Source: a candidate division CPR3 bacterium GWF2_35_18
Lineage (GTDB): Bacteria > Patescibacteriota > CPR3 > GWF2-35-18
DNA: 64,000 bases
NCBI GenBank assembly: GCA_001771135.1
Contig: MESW01000008.1
Location: forward strand, 2,373-66,372
Reading direction: 5' to 3'
Positions 45,657 to 64,000 of this stretch are shown here, piece after piece. Within the stretch, counting starts at the first letter, position 1, and every line of letters starts with the position of its first letter. The translations under genes and the position numbers were made by a program. The notes below the pieces were generated by a model. That model did not search any database, was not told where the DNA came from, and worked only from the letters and a program-made list of their open reading frames with translations.

Positions 45657-46225
45657 GAATAGATTTTTTCTACTTTATTTTCTAAATATAATTGTAAATA
45701 ATAAATAAGGGCATTTTTAAATGAATAGTCAAGCAAATCACCTCTAATAAGTAGTGTAAATCCTGCTGTTAATGACTTATCAACTTCAAAAATAATTCTT
45801 TTTGAGTTATATCTTTTTACATCATCTCCCAGTCTTTTTGCTATGGTATTTTTAAAATTATCGGAAAGTGCAATTGCAGAAGAAAAAACAATCTCTTCAG
45901 CAGAGGAAAGTTGCTTCAAAAATATCTCATAGAATTCTTTTCCTGTTTCATCAGTTAACGTCCATAAAAGTTTTTTATCAGTAATATCTAATAAAAATTG
46001 AAATATTTCTTCGGATATTTGATCTTTGAAAAGAAAAATAATCGTTTCTTTAATCTTTTCTTTTTTTGCATCTTTATCTGAAAATAGTTTAGTGATTTCT
46101 TCAGAAAAATTTACTTTATCAAAAATAATTCCCATATCTCTCGCTATTTTCTTGTATGGAGAAAAAACAGTATATTGATGTAAAATATCTAATACCTCTT
46201 TAAGTTGCTCGGTTTTCATCTTCAT
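45653..46225 (-). CDS. atpH: F1 delta/OSCP-like subunit
   Basis: C-terminal SAIALS...EVDKSLTAGF..RGDLLDYS matches delta; located directly before alpha. Confidence 0.7.
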   Translation of the reverse strand: MKMKTEQLKEVLDILHQYTVFSPYKKIARDMGIIFDKVNFSEEITKLFSDKDAKKEKIKETIIFLFKDQISEEIFQFLLDITDKKLLWTLTDETGKEFYEIFLKQLSSAEEIVFSSAIALSDNFKNTIAKRLGDDVKRYNSKRIIFEVDKSLTAGFTLLIRGDLLDYSFKNALIYYLQLYLENKVEKIYS

Positions 46226-46754
46226 AAATCTTCATTAATTTTTTAATAATATCTTCATGTTGTTCGAGAGTAAATTCTTCTTTGATATATTGTTTTAATG
46301 CCCAGTCAATGGCTTGAGAGGATTCATTAATTGTCTGTTCATAAATCTTACTAGCTTGTTTTTGAGCTTGTGTTTTTATCTTAATTCCATTTTCTTGAGC
46401 TTCACTAATTATCTTAGTGGCTTCTTTCTCTGCTTCAGAAAATATATCTTTTAAATGATTTCCAGAATCAACAAAAGCTCTTTTAGTTACTTCTTCAATT
46501 ATTTTTTTATTCTCTTCAGCTGAATTCTTATGAATGTCTATAGCCTTTTCAGCTGCATCATTGAAATATTTTTTTGTATCTTCTCGTGCAATATGTCCTA
46601 ATTTGGTAAAAGAATTTTCTAAGGCCTTGAAAGAGAGATAGATACGCCATAAGTAAATAATAATAATTATATTTAATACAGCAACAAATAATATGGTATA
46701 AGTTATATTATTTCGTAATAGTTGGTTAAATGTTTCAACAAAGGTGATATTCAT
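46200..46754 (-). CDS. Subunit b-like stator protein (N-terminal TM plus coiled coil)
   Basis: Single TM then an A/E/K-rich coiled coil (EAEKEATKIISEAQ); occupies the atpF position. Confidence 0.6.
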   Translation of the reverse strand: MNITFVETFNQLLRNNITYTILFVAVLNIIIIIYLWRIYLSFKALENSFTKLGHIAREDTKKYFNDAAEKAIDIHKNSAEENKKIIEEVTKRAFVDSGNHLKDIFSEAEKEATKIISEAQENGIKIKTQAQKQASKIYEQTINESSQAIDWALKQYIKEEFTLEQHEDIIKKLMKIYEDENRAT

Positions 46755-46761
46755 AAAATAA

Positions 46762-47961
46762 TTAATCTCTCAAAGCTAATAGTGGATCCATACTAACAGA
46801 TCTACGTGCTGGAATTATTCCAATTAAGAAACCGAGAATAAAAGCAATTACTATCATTATTATACTAATAATATAAGGTGTTTCATAGAGCTTGAATAAA
46901 GGAGTATTGATTTGTGATGCTACATAAGCAACTCTAAGGTTAACAAGATAACCAAATCCAGAACCAATAAGTAATCCTATTAATGTTCCTCCTACTGAAA
47001 GAATAATAGATTGACAATAAAATAAAATTTTTACATCTTCTTGTCTAATACCGATAATTCTTAAAAAACCAATTTTTTTAATCTGTTCCATGAGAACAAT
47101 CGTAATCGTATTTAAAATACTAGAAATTGCAACCAAAAGCGTAATGGATCCTAATATAATAAGTAGTATCCGTAAAATACCTAGAATACGCTCTACCTGA
47201 TCAAAAGTATCTTGAATATTACTAGTTTTAAAACCTAGAAGTTCAATATTTTCCCTTATCTCGTCAATTTCATTTAAGTTGCTCACAATTACTTTTGTTT
47301 GACTAGCATAAGTAATTCCTATATTGTAAAGGTCCTCGGCTGGTATATATGCAAGTGGAGATTCTTCTTTATCAATAATTCCAATAACGGTATATTCATT
47401 ATCTGCAATAGTTTTTGTTACCCCATCAATATTATCGGTGAGGTTTTTGGTTAAGACAAAATTAATCATTATATTTCTTCCTATCAGGTCATCCGGATTT
47501 GAAATTCCATAGTCTTGCAAAACAGCTTTGCTTAATATTATTTTCTTTGTATCTCCTAATTCAAAACCTTTTCCCTTCAAGTATGATAAAGATAAAGTGT
47601 TCATGTATGTAGGAGTAATTCCGTAAAAAGGAAGAGTTTGAGAAATTCCGTGGAATAAAGCGTCTCCAGAGAGATTAATGATGGGCTCAACACTTTCAAC
47701 ACCAATTAAAGATCTAAATTCACCAAGGCGGACTTTATCTATTTTTAGTTGTTGTGTTTTTAATGAAGTAACTGTAATAATGTTTCGTGATTCGGAGTTT
47801 TCCATTTCAGTATTAACCATATTTTCTAAACCATATCCTAAACCACTCATGAACATTATCATACTGACACTAATCCCCACTCCTCCCATGGTTAATATAG
47901 TACGGATTCTTTTTGAAAAAACATTAATTACAGCTAACCTAATAATATATAAAATACTCAT
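46762..47961 (-). CDS. MacB/FtsX-type ABC transporter permease
   Basis: RTILTMGGVGIS, a large extracytoplasmic loop, IGFLRIIG and PARRSVSMDPLLALR motifs. Confidence 0.9.
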   Translation of the reverse strand: MSILYIIRLAVINVFSKRIRTILTMGGVGISVSMIMFMSGLGYGLENMVNTEMENSESRNIITVTSLKTQQLKIDKVRLGEFRSLIGVESVEPIINLSGDALFHGISQTLPFYGITPTYMNTLSLSYLKGKGFELGDTKKIILSKAVLQDYGISNPDDLIGRNIMINFVLTKNLTDNIDGVTKTIADNEYTVIGIIDKEESPLAYIPAEDLYNIGITYASQTKVIVSNLNEIDEIRENIELLGFKTSNIQDTFDQVERILGILRILLIILGSITLLVAISSILNTITIVLMEQIKKIGFLRIIGIRQEDVKILFYCQSIILSVGGTLIGLLIGSGFGYLVNLRVAYVASQINTPLFKLYETPYIISIIMIVIAFILGFLIGIIPARRSVSMDPLLALRD

Positions 47962-47969
47962 ATCGTTTT

Positions 47970-48761
47970 TTATTTTTTATTTGGTGATTCAATATAGCTT
48001 ACTACTTCTTTTATGCTGTGTAATGGACTATTTTGTTGTTTAATATTCCAAAGCCTTCCGTCTTTGACAAAAAACCATTTTTTTGAAAATTTTAAAAATT
48101 CAAAATCGTGAGTAACCATGACAATTGTTTTATTTTCTTTGGTATTTATATCCACCAGAATTTTAATTACTTCTTCAACTGATTGTGTGTCCAGGTGTCC
48201 AGTAGGCTCATCTGCAAAAACAATCCAAGGATCATTAATTAAGGCTCTGGCTATAGATGCTTTTTGTTTTTGTCCCGAAGAAGCTTCGGTAGGACGATGC
48301 TTTTTGATACTATCAATACCAAATGTGTCAATGAATTTTTGAGCCTTTTTTAAAGCAATTCCTTTTCTAGTTCCTTGCATGATAAGTGGAAGAGCTATAT
48401 TCTCATGTAAGGTTAATTGTTCTATCCATATTTGTTGTTCTGGGATTAAACCAAATCTTTTTAGTCTAATCTTGGCTCGATCCTCATTACTGAAATTATA
48501 AAAAGACTCTTCTTTTAAAATCACTTCTCCGATATCCGGTTTTTCAATTCCCATTAAGATATTAAGTAATGTTGATTTTCCTGCTCCAGAAGGGCCAAAA
48601 ATAATAACAAAATCTCCGTAATTGATTTGAAAAGATACATCTGAAATCGGAGTTACCATTTGTTTACCGATTTTGAACACTTTTGTTACTCCGACAGCTT
48701 CAAGAATAGGTGCCTTTGTAAAATGCTGAATTGAGGTCTTATCATCTTGGATACTCATCAT
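47970..48761 (-). CDS. ABC ATP-binding protein (LolD/MacB-like)
   Basis: GPSGAGKST, signature ASSGQKQK, Walker B VFADEPTG, VTHD. Confidence 0.92.
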   Translation of the reverse strand: MMSIQDDKTSIQHFTKAPILEAVGVTKVFKIGKQMVTPISDVSFQINYGDFVIIFGPSGAGKSTLLNILMGIEKPDIGEVILKEESFYNFSNEDRAKIRLKRFGLIPEQQIWIEQLTLHENIALPLIMQGTRKGIALKKAQKFIDTFGIDSIKKHRPTEASSGQKQKASIARALINDPWIVFADEPTGHLDTQSVEEVIKILVDINTKENKTIVMVTHDFEFLKFSKKWFFVKDGRLWNIKQQNSPLHSIKEVVSYIESPNKK

Positions 48762-48765
48762 ATTT

Positions 48766-51700
48766 TTAGTTTATTTTAAGTATTTTTTCAAATAAATCGA
48801 TAATAATATCTAGCATAGAATATTCTGGTTCTGAAGCTATGGCCACAGTACGTTCTCCATAACTAATATTGCCTGTAAGGTCTGTAGAAAGAGGTTGGAT
48901 CTTGTAAATTTTTTCTATCGGTAAGTTTGACAAGACTACAACATGAGAAGTTGTTGTTTCCGTATCTAAAGGAGATTCATTTACAAGATCTTCTTTACTT
49001 CCTATGCTATAGCGAATTTGACTAGTTGAAGGTTCATCAGTCTTCCAAGAAACGATAATTTGACTTCTTGCGTTAGAAGCTACTCCAGTAGTAGATATTT
49101 CAACAATAAGATCTGACATTACAGGAGGACGAGTATCTATTTGAGAAGTCCACCTTTGAACTGTACTAGTGACGATTACTCCATATCGATCACGTCCTTT
49201 AATAATAAAACTATATTCAGTATTGCTAAATAAATCATTAATAGTCATAGAGTGAATAGTTTCAAGATCACTTTTGGCTACTTCTTTTTTTAATCCTCCT
49301 CCATCGTAAATAATAAATGAGTCGGTTGGAATATTGGTTCGCCAATTTACTTGAACAGAGTTAAATTGGTCGGCTATAGGTTGGAAAGTAATATTAGTGA
49401 TTTCTGGGTAAGGTAACGTATTAAATGAATAATCATCACTAGTAATTATTGTCCCGAATTCAGTATCTGCAATAATTTTAAAATGATATATTGAACTATC
49501 GTTACTACTTTCGAGATTAGAAAATTCATAGAAGTGTGTTAAAACGGCAACAGTCTCTCCTTCTATTGGAAGTCCTTCAATTGGAGTTAGTTCATAATTA
49601 AGGTTTTTACCATAAGTGATTTTAGATTTTGTCGGAACTGTAGATTTCCAAGTTACCATGGCGCTATTTTGGGTAATGCTATTTTGATCTACAATCACAT
49701 CATATATTCTTGGAGCTTCTTGTGTTTGAAATGAATAGATAGGAGAAAAAGCGTCCGAATCAAGATAGTTTTTATTTTTATCGATACTTAAGACTTTATA
49801 ATAATAAGTAGTTTTTGGGCTAAGGTCTGTTATTGTTATTATATGTTCTTTACGCAAATCTTCATGGTCTCGATCACGTTTTAGATCATTTTGTTGTAGT
49901 CCGATATAAACTGCTCCTTCAGTATCTCTTTCTGTAACCCAGACGATTTCTGCTCTATCAGACCCTGCTTTTACAGTTGGTCCAGAGTTAACCTTTGGCG
50001 GAAAATTAAATACTCCTTCAGGTCTTTTTGTAAATGCCGAAGATTCTCCTCCACAGTTATCGACGCTATCACAAGCAGATACTTTATAAGTATAAGTATT
50101 CTCAGTATTAACCCTCAAATCGACATATGCGGTATCGCTAACTTTTCCAATTTGGTTAAAGATATTTGCTCCATTTTCAGCTCTCCAAACAATGTAGTGA
50201 TCTATTCCGTTTCCTTTAAAAGCCGGAGCGTCCCATGTAAGAGTTAAAGACCATCTTACATTAGCTTGATCAGAAGTATCACTAACAATAAGATTCATAG
50301 GGATTCCCGGGGAAATGGTATTAGCCGTAAAATTAATGGTTGCAGGATATAACCAATTAGCATTTCCGGCTTCATCTAGAGCTATAACAGATAAAATATT
50401 TACGCCTCTTTTAGTAGCAGCTCTAAAAGGACTTATGTATCTGTTTGACGTACAGGTTGTATTAGAATAGCTTAATGGTGGTTCAGCATTTATAGCATAA
50501 CAGTAAGTTAAAAGATCTGCTGATCCAGAAAACATAGCTGGGAGATCCCATGTGAAGGCGAACATATTCATAGTTGATATCGGAGGTATTGCGGCTAAGT
50601 TTGTGACTTTACTAGGAGGGTCATTAGAGAAATAATATGATGCAGTCATATATGATGAAGCAAAGTTACCCGCGACATCTTTTGCTCTTAAATAGAATGT
50701 ATTCGTTCCATTTGTGTACATGGCTGGAATATCAGTTAATAAAAGGCCTGTTTGACATTTTTCGGTTGCATATATTCCTTGAGTCGCTCCAGTCTTATAA
50801 CAATAACTATGTATTTTTGAATGTTCGTCATAAGCATTTGGCCATTCAAAAGTATACTTATTTATAGTTGTAAATCCAGAAGGGGTGACTGTAATCATCG
50901 GTGGATTATCTGGAGGAATGTTATCAAATTTATAAATTATTGGCGTAAAAATATTAGAATCAATATTTCCAGTATAATCGACTGCCTGTAAGCTGAAGTA
51001 ATATGTGTTTGAGGTTGTAAGATTAGCTTCATAGTATGAGTTTTCCGTAAATACTCCAGAAGTTAAAGGTACTGCAGAAGGATCGGTGCTGAAAGAAACA
51101 TAGTATCCTTTAATATGTGATCCGAGTAAGCCATCAGTCGCTCCTCCGGCTTCGCCTGGATCTGGCCAGTCAAAATAAGGTTTTGCGTAGTTGTACCATT
51201 TATTTGTTTCTAATTCGGTTGTTTTTGTATCATCAGTATAATATTTAGTAATGGTTGGATTTGTAGGTGGAGTAACGTCAAAATAATAGTCTAGGGCGTA
51301 ACTTGATAGTTTTGGAGTGTAGACGTTGTCATATGAATACATAATAACCTTAAGTTGTAAATATTTTTGTGGTTGTGATGCTACTCTTGTACTTAATTCT
51401 CCGGTAAATAGTTTGATTTGGTCAGTCAATTCCCATTCATTCCAAGTATTTCCGTCGATCGAAGTTCTAGTATAAAATTCAATATCTGTATTTTCTGGAA
51501 TAGAAACTTCAGCTTTAATTCCAGCATAATCGAATAGTCCGCTTACTTCCATCGGTTGAGATATATGGACTCCAAGCCCCTGATATCCTGTTGTTGCTGA
51601 TGGGAAGTTAAATTGGAGAATATGTGGATTATCTTGTCCCGGAATAGCAAGAGCTTTAGATTCGCTTATTTTTACTAGATTCCCGCCATAAGCAAAATAA

Positions 51701-54700
51701 TCAGGAGATGATGTTCCTTCCACCCATTGATTAGTAGCAATATCGTAGACATACATATTCTTTTGGGCATTACCTCTCATTGCATAGATCTTTCCTTGTT
51801 GCATCACCATAGTGTTTCCATAAGTTGTTGTCACAGGGAAATTTGCTAAAGTTGTCCAGCTATTATTAAAAATATCATACTGGTAAAAAGCGTTTGATCC
51901 ATTACTGCGAAGAGCATAAATGTAATTATCTCCGTCATAAACAAAGGATGCATTAAGTATATTTGCAGGAAAAGCTCTCAAAGATTCCCAAGTTCCTCCG
52001 TTTACATCTGGAGTATAACGATAAAATTGATTATCATTTCCTCGAGGAAGGTATAAATATCCATTTTTATCTACTACTAAGGAACTTGCTCCAGGTCGAT
52101 ATATAGTATTTAAAGTGTCAGTCATCTTTTCCCATTGGTATTTACCAAAATCAAATCGATAGAAGTTGGTTCTGCTTCTACCTGGTTCGTAGTATAGATA
52201 TCCATTTGAATATGCAATTGATCCTCCTATTCCAATATATGGAGGTGGTGGTAAGTATGTGAATTCATTTTTAGAAGTTGAATATTTTAAAAGATAGGAA
52301 TAATCACTTTCATTTCTATTTATAATATAAACATTATCTTCTCCATCGAAAGTAGCTGTTGTGGCTTGTCCTGCATACCATTCAATTCCATTTTGTAGAT
52401 CCCAACGTCTGCGTTGTAATGAGGGAGGTTGCAAATATCCTAAAGAAGTAAATTTACTATTCCAGGTATCGTATTGAAGAATGCGACGAGTGTTCCCAAG
52501 TCCTGGGATTATATATATGTAACGATTTCTATCATCACTCAGAGAGCCCCATGAGCTAATTGGGAATCCAGAGTTTATTGCTTTCCAGGTATCTGTGGCA
52601 ATGTTATATTTGAAAGCAGTGGCGTAACCATTTGTCATAAAATCCTGTCCAAAGATATATAGATTACCTTGACTATCCCCTGCTAGGTTACTTTGGACAT
52701 ACCAAAAATTGTATGGAGGAGTTGCCATCCATCTCCAGGTATCAGTAGAGATAGTATATTTTGCTAGTCCTCTCTGATACCAATCAGATGTTCCGAAGTT
52801 GACATATAAAGAATCTCCACCGTCATACCATATTCCTGATCCAGAATAATAAGTATTAATAGTTGTGGGTAAAGAGGTTAGATTTCCCCATCCGCCGGTT
52901 TCCGTATTATACTCATAGAAATCAATATTTCCAGAAAATACAAATAATATTTTGTTATTTCCAATATATTCCATATCAGTTCCATAGCTAGCGTTAACCG
53001 GAAGATTAGATAAAGGAGCATCCCAGATTTGATTTACAATGTCATATCTATAAAAACCATTTGTACTATTACCACGAATATAATAAATATATTTTTCTTG
53101 ATCCCACACTAAAGAACTTCCAATATAAGCCGTTGCGGGTAACGGAGGAAGATTTGTATCCCAAGTCTGTGATACTAAATTATATCTCCAGAAATTTGTA
53201 GTATTATTCCCGCGTGCTATGTATAGATAATCTCCTATAACAACGGAGGCTGAACCTGTTGCATAATCAGGTAATGAGGTGAAAGATCCTTCAGACCATG
53301 ATCCATAAGGTAATTTTTTTAATGATGCCGATCCTTCTTCGGTTATTAAGTCTAGATTAGTATTGGTTCCTTGAGAGAGTTGTTCATATGAAGTTGTTAG
53401 TTGTGATTCTGGTGGGGAAATATACCAATAACGATAGCTAAAAAATGTTTGGATTGCTGAGACATTTCCTTTATTATCTTTTACTTTAATTCTAACGTAA
53501 TAAATATCTCCACTAGTCATCGGAGATGTTACAACGTAAGTATTATTAGCTTGAAAACTACCATCTACCTCTGGGTCTGCGGCGACATTTGTTCCGTAAT
53601 ATACATAATACCCTGCTATTCCAGAGCCGTTATTTCCATCATTTGCTCCATTCCATTCGAAGTATGGGTGTTGGTATTCGTATGTTTGACCCGTAGTTAA
53701 AGTTTCCCCGGTAGCTGTTCCTTTGGCTACAAATTGTGAAGGAAGATTTGGAGGGATCACATCTTCTTCATAAGTAAATTGAATATTAGAAACTGTAGGA
53801 GTAGATAAGGTATCTCCATGTAGTGCTAGTTTAAATTGAAGATATCTTTTTGGGAGGGATTGTATGTTCCCTCCTGTTATTGGAAGCCATTGATCCCAAA
53901 TTCTACCATTATTTGAAGTTCGAGAATATGCTGTTACTGTGCCTGTGCCAGTAATTGAGGTTTGAAAAGTAGACCATGCTTGTACATGAGTTAAATCAAT
54001 CGATTTTGAGTACCAGACTCCATCAGCTACATAAGTATCTGTTGCTGTAGTCCAGTACCACATATGACTAATTACTGCTGTTGGGGAAACATAAACACGG
54101 TTTGTATTATTATCATAAAAACCGTAAGCAGCAACTTGTGTATAAGAAGGAAGGTTTGCTAGTCTTTTCCAACTGCTATCAGTTGTATCATAGCGATAGA
54201 AAAGTTGAGCTGTAACTGATGTGCGATTTGCAGGTACGAAGTAAAGATAACGACTTGTGTCTCCAACTAATACTCCCCCATGTTCTACAGATCCATTTGG
54301 AATATTTATTGGAAGAGTTGTCCATGTATTACCAGCTACATCGTATTTCATAAAATAGGGTGTACCTCCTCCAGAAAAAGCGTAAATATCTGCTCCAATT
54401 TTTTCTATTCCTCCTCCGCTTCCGATTGCTATTGGAGCAGAAGTTAAACTACCCCAGGTGTTATTAATAATGTCGTAACGATAAAAATTTACTCTTCCTC
54501 CAGGAGAGTAGTAAATATATCCATCCTCTCCGTCTATCATATCGCATCCATAAGTAGTTGCGTATGGAAATGTGGCTAGAGTAGCCCAAGTACTGTTTAT
54601 AAGGTCGAATTTATAAAATATTGTATTTCCATACCAGGATGCTAGGTATAGAGCATTATCTTTATATATTCCCGCAATTCCCGCTCTTGCTCCACTTATA

Positions 54701-55992
54701 GGATATGAACCTACTTTTGTTCTAACCTTTGTAGTTAGGTCCATCTTATAAATATCGGTTAATGACCCCCAATTTTGTCCGGATACATAATAGATAGTAT
54801 TGTCTCCGTCGTATATCGGAGCTCCATGTGCATAACCATAATTTGGGTCATAAAGGTTGTATCCATTTACGTTCCAATTGTCTGTACTGACACTATAGCT
54901 GTATAGAATTGGATGCTGATACATTCCCAATAATGTGTAGATAGTGTCTACTCCGTCAAAAACAGCAGTTACGCCCCAATCATAGGTTTGTCCTGTTGGC
55001 GGTGTTGAGAGACTTACCCATTGGTTGTTAGATATATTATATTGTTGTAAATAAGAGATATCTCCATGTACGTAAATTCCGAGTTTTAAAATCGTATTTG
55101 AAGATGTCAGCATTATCTGTGTTTTCTGACAAACATTATTGTTTGGAGGGACTGTTAGTCTTGGTTCCCAAATATTATTAGCGATTGAATATTTTCGAAA
55201 TTCTCCATTACATCCTGCTAGAGCATAAATTGTATCATTATTATCCCAAGTGAGGCTGATTCCATATCCTGGGACAGATACTGGAAATGATGCCATTTGT
55301 TCCCATTGATTAGAGGTAATGTTATATCGCCAGAACATCGTGGAAACACTTCCTCTAAAACCATACAAATAATTACCATTAATAGTTTCAACATAAATAA
55401 CATCTGTTCCTGCATTAACTGTTTGTGGATGATCTGGTAATACTGTCCATATATTTTCAGATAGAGAATATTTATAAAATTCTGATTTTCCTCCTGCAGG
55501 AAGTAGATACATAGTATCGTTTTTATCCCAAGTAAGAGCTACTCCAGTTCCTATTCCAGAAGGTGGAGCTTCTAGTGTTTCCCATGTTTTTAGTTCTAGA
55601 GAATATTTGAGGAAAAAAGTTCTTCCACTGTCAACATATCCTTGTGTAATAAGGTAAAGCGAATCGTTAGGTCCATATATTATTTCTGTATCTCCATAAA
55701 TTAAAATTGGAGGTTCGAGTAGTCCATCATCTGTTTCCCAACTTCCAACGTCACCACTTTGAAGTTTTATTTCACCTTGAGTAGAAACATCAATATTATT
55801 GAAATTAGAGATTCCTTCAGTAAGATCTTTATTTGAAAAGGAGTATGTTGCGGCACTATTGGGTGTCGGAGTATATACACTTAAAGTAAAAATTACCATA
55901 AGTGTTATAACTAATAATCTCCAAGAAAAAGATAATTTCCTGGTATGTGATAATAAACGTTTATTTCTTTTTTTCATATTAACTATAATCAA
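48766..55992 (-). CDS. Giant secreted/surface protein (2408 aa) with Kelch-type propellers and FN3/Ig-like domains
   Basis: N-terminal hydrophobic signal/anchor, many F.RY.I..N.W..L repeats, D..PP.NP linkers, FN3-like C-terminal modules. Confidence 0.85.
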   Translation of the reverse strand: MIIVNMKKRNKRLLSHTRKLSFSWRLLVITLMVIFTLSVYTPTPNSAATYSFSNKDLTEGISNFNNIDVSTQGEIKLQSGDVGSWETDDGLLEPPILIYGDTEIIYGPNDSLYLITQGYVDSGRTFFLKYSLELKTWETLEAPPSGIGTGVALTWDKNDTMYLLPAGGKSEFYKYSLSENIWTVLPDHPQTVNAGTDVIYVETINGNYLYGFRGSVSTMFWRYNITSNQWEQMASFPVSVPGYGISLTWDNNDTIYALAGCNGEFRKYSIANNIWEPRLTVPPNNNVCQKTQIMLTSSNTILKLGIYVHGDISYLQQYNISNNQWVSLSTPPTGQTYDWGVTAVFDGVDTIYTLLGMYQHPILYSYSVSTDNWNVNGYNLYDPNYGYAHGAPIYDGDNTIYYVSGQNWGSLTDIYKMDLTTKVRTKVGSYPISGARAGIAGIYKDNALYLASWYGNTIFYKFDLINSTWATLATFPYATTYGCDMIDGEDGYIYYSPGGRVNFYRYDIINNTWGSLTSAPIAIGSGGGIEKIGADIYAFSGGGTPYFMKYDVAGNTWTTLPINIPNGSVEHGGVLVGDTSRYLYFVPANRTSVTAQLFYRYDTTDSSWKRLANLPSYTQVAAYGFYDNNTNRVYVSPTAVISHMWYWTTATDTYVADGVWYSKSIDLTHVQAWSTFQTSITGTGTVTAYSRTSNNGRIWDQWLPITGGNIQSLPKRYLQFKLALHGDTLSTPTVSNIQFTYEEDVIPPNLPSQFVAKGTATGETLTTGQTYEYQHPYFEWNGANDGNNGSGIAGYYVYYGTNVAADPEVDGSFQANNTYVVTSPMTSGDIYYVRIKVKDNKGNVSAIQTFFSYRYWYISPPESQLTTSYEQLSQGTNTNLDLITEEGSASLKKLPYGSWSEGSFTSLPDYATGSASVVIGDYLYIARGNNTTNFWRYNLVSQTWDTNLPPLPATAYIGSSLVWDQEKYIYYIRGNSTNGFYRYDIVNQIWDAPLSNLPVNASYGTDMEYIGNNKILFVFSGNIDFYEYNTETGGWGNLTSLPTTINTYYSGSGIWYDGGDSLYVNFGTSDWYQRGLAKYTISTDTWRWMATPPYNFWYVQSNLAGDSQGNLYIFGQDFMTNGYATAFKYNIATDTWKAINSGFPISSWGSLSDDRNRYIYIIPGLGNTRRILQYDTWNSKFTSLGYLQPPSLQRRRWDLQNGIEWYAGQATTATFDGEDNVYIINRNESDYSYLLKYSTSKNEFTYLPPPPYIGIGGSIAYSNGYLYYEPGRSRTNFYRFDFGKYQWEKMTDTLNTIYRPGASSLVVDKNGYLYLPRGNDNQFYRYTPDVNGGTWESLRAFPANILNASFVYDGDNYIYALRSNGSNAFYQYDIFNNSWTTLANFPVTTTYGNTMVMQQGKIYAMRGNAQKNMYVYDIATNQWVEGTSSPDYFAYGGNLVKISESKALAIPGQDNPHILQFNFPSATTGYQGLGVHISQPMEVSGLFDYAGIKAEVSIPENTDIEFYTRTSIDGNTWNEWELTDQIKLFTGELSTRVASQPQKYLQLKVIMYSYDNVYTPKLSSYALDYYFDVTPPTNPTITKYYTDDTKTTELETNKWYNYAKPYFDWPDPGEAGGATDGLLGSHIKGYYVSFSTDPSAVPLTSGVFTENSYYEANLTTSNTYYFSLQAVDYTGNIDSNIFTPIIYKFDNIPPDNPPMITVTPSGFTTINKYTFEWPNAYDEHSKIHSYCYKTGATQGIYATEKCQTGLLLTDIPAMYTNGTNTFYLRAKDVAGNFASSYMTASYYFSNDPPSKVTNLAAIPPISTMNMFAFTWDLPAMFSGSADLLTYCYAINAEPPLSYSNTTCTSNRYISPFRAATKRGVNILSVIALDEAGNANWLYPATINFTANTISPGIPMNLIVSDTSDQANVRWSLTLTWDAPAFKGNGIDHYIVWRAENGANIFNQIGKVSDTAYVDLRVNTENTYTYKVSACDSVDNCGGESSAFTKRPEGVFNFPPKVNSGPTVKAGSDRAEIVWVTERDTEGAVYIGLQQNDLKRDRDHEDLRKEHIITITDLSPKTTYYYKVLSIDKNKNYLDSDAFSPIYSFQTQEAPRIYDVIVDQNSITQNSAMVTWKSTVPTKSKITYGKNLNYELTPIEGLPIEGETVAVLTHFYEFSNLESSNDSSIYHFKIIADTEFGTIITSDDYSFNTLPYPEITNITFQPIADQFNSVQVNWRTNIPTDSFIIYDGGGLKKEVAKSDLETIHSMTINDLFSNTEYSFIIKGRDRYGVIVTSTVQRWTSQIDTRPPVMSDLIVEISTTGVASNARSQIIVSWKTDEPSTSQIRYSIGSKEDLVNESPLDTETTTSHVVVLSNLPIEKIYKIQPLSTDLTGNISYGERTVAIASEPEYSMLDIIIDLFEKILKIN

Positions 55993-56059
55993 ATAGTCTA
56001 TTAAAATTATGACATGTTCTTACCATGAATACAATATGAATTTGGATTGGGAATAATAA

Positions 56060-63999
<7,940 letters not shown>

Positions 64000-64000
64000 T

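Overview
AT-rich bacterial chromosomal segment using genetic code 11. Gene content points to a Patescibacteria/CPR organism (Microgenomates/WWE3-like); this taxonomy is inference. From 1 to 40 kb it carries mostly housekeeping genes: hisS, dnaB, efp, queA/tgt, rluA, yebC, ruvC, peptidases, a P-type ATPase, a GAPN-like dehydrogenase, a VirD4/HerA-like ATPase, tRNA-Leu(CAA) and a minimal [FeFe]-hydrogenase-like gene. Three GC-richer accessory units interrupt this part (a GNAT; a cluster with a degenerate pyrB; an orphan atpD-atpA pair) and share leader motifs. A candidate dif site beside a Xer recombinase marks the probable replication terminus near 40.2 kb. The main finding is the >22 kb minus-strand operon at 41.6-64 kb. 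It encodes a divergent F1-like ATPase (b, delta, alpha with a broken P-loop, gamma, beta, truncated epsilon) with no subunit a and no free subunit c in the window, a MacB/LolD-type ABC transporter, and two giant surface proteins. The 2589-aa protein ends in an ATP-synthase c-subunit-like hairpin that lacks the ion-binding carboxylate. This suggests an ion-uncoupled rotary motor attached to a giant adhesin. Smaller candidates include a His-leader attenuator behind a YerC/HisR-like repressor and a ~50-nt sRNA with an anti-Shine-Dalgarno sequence.
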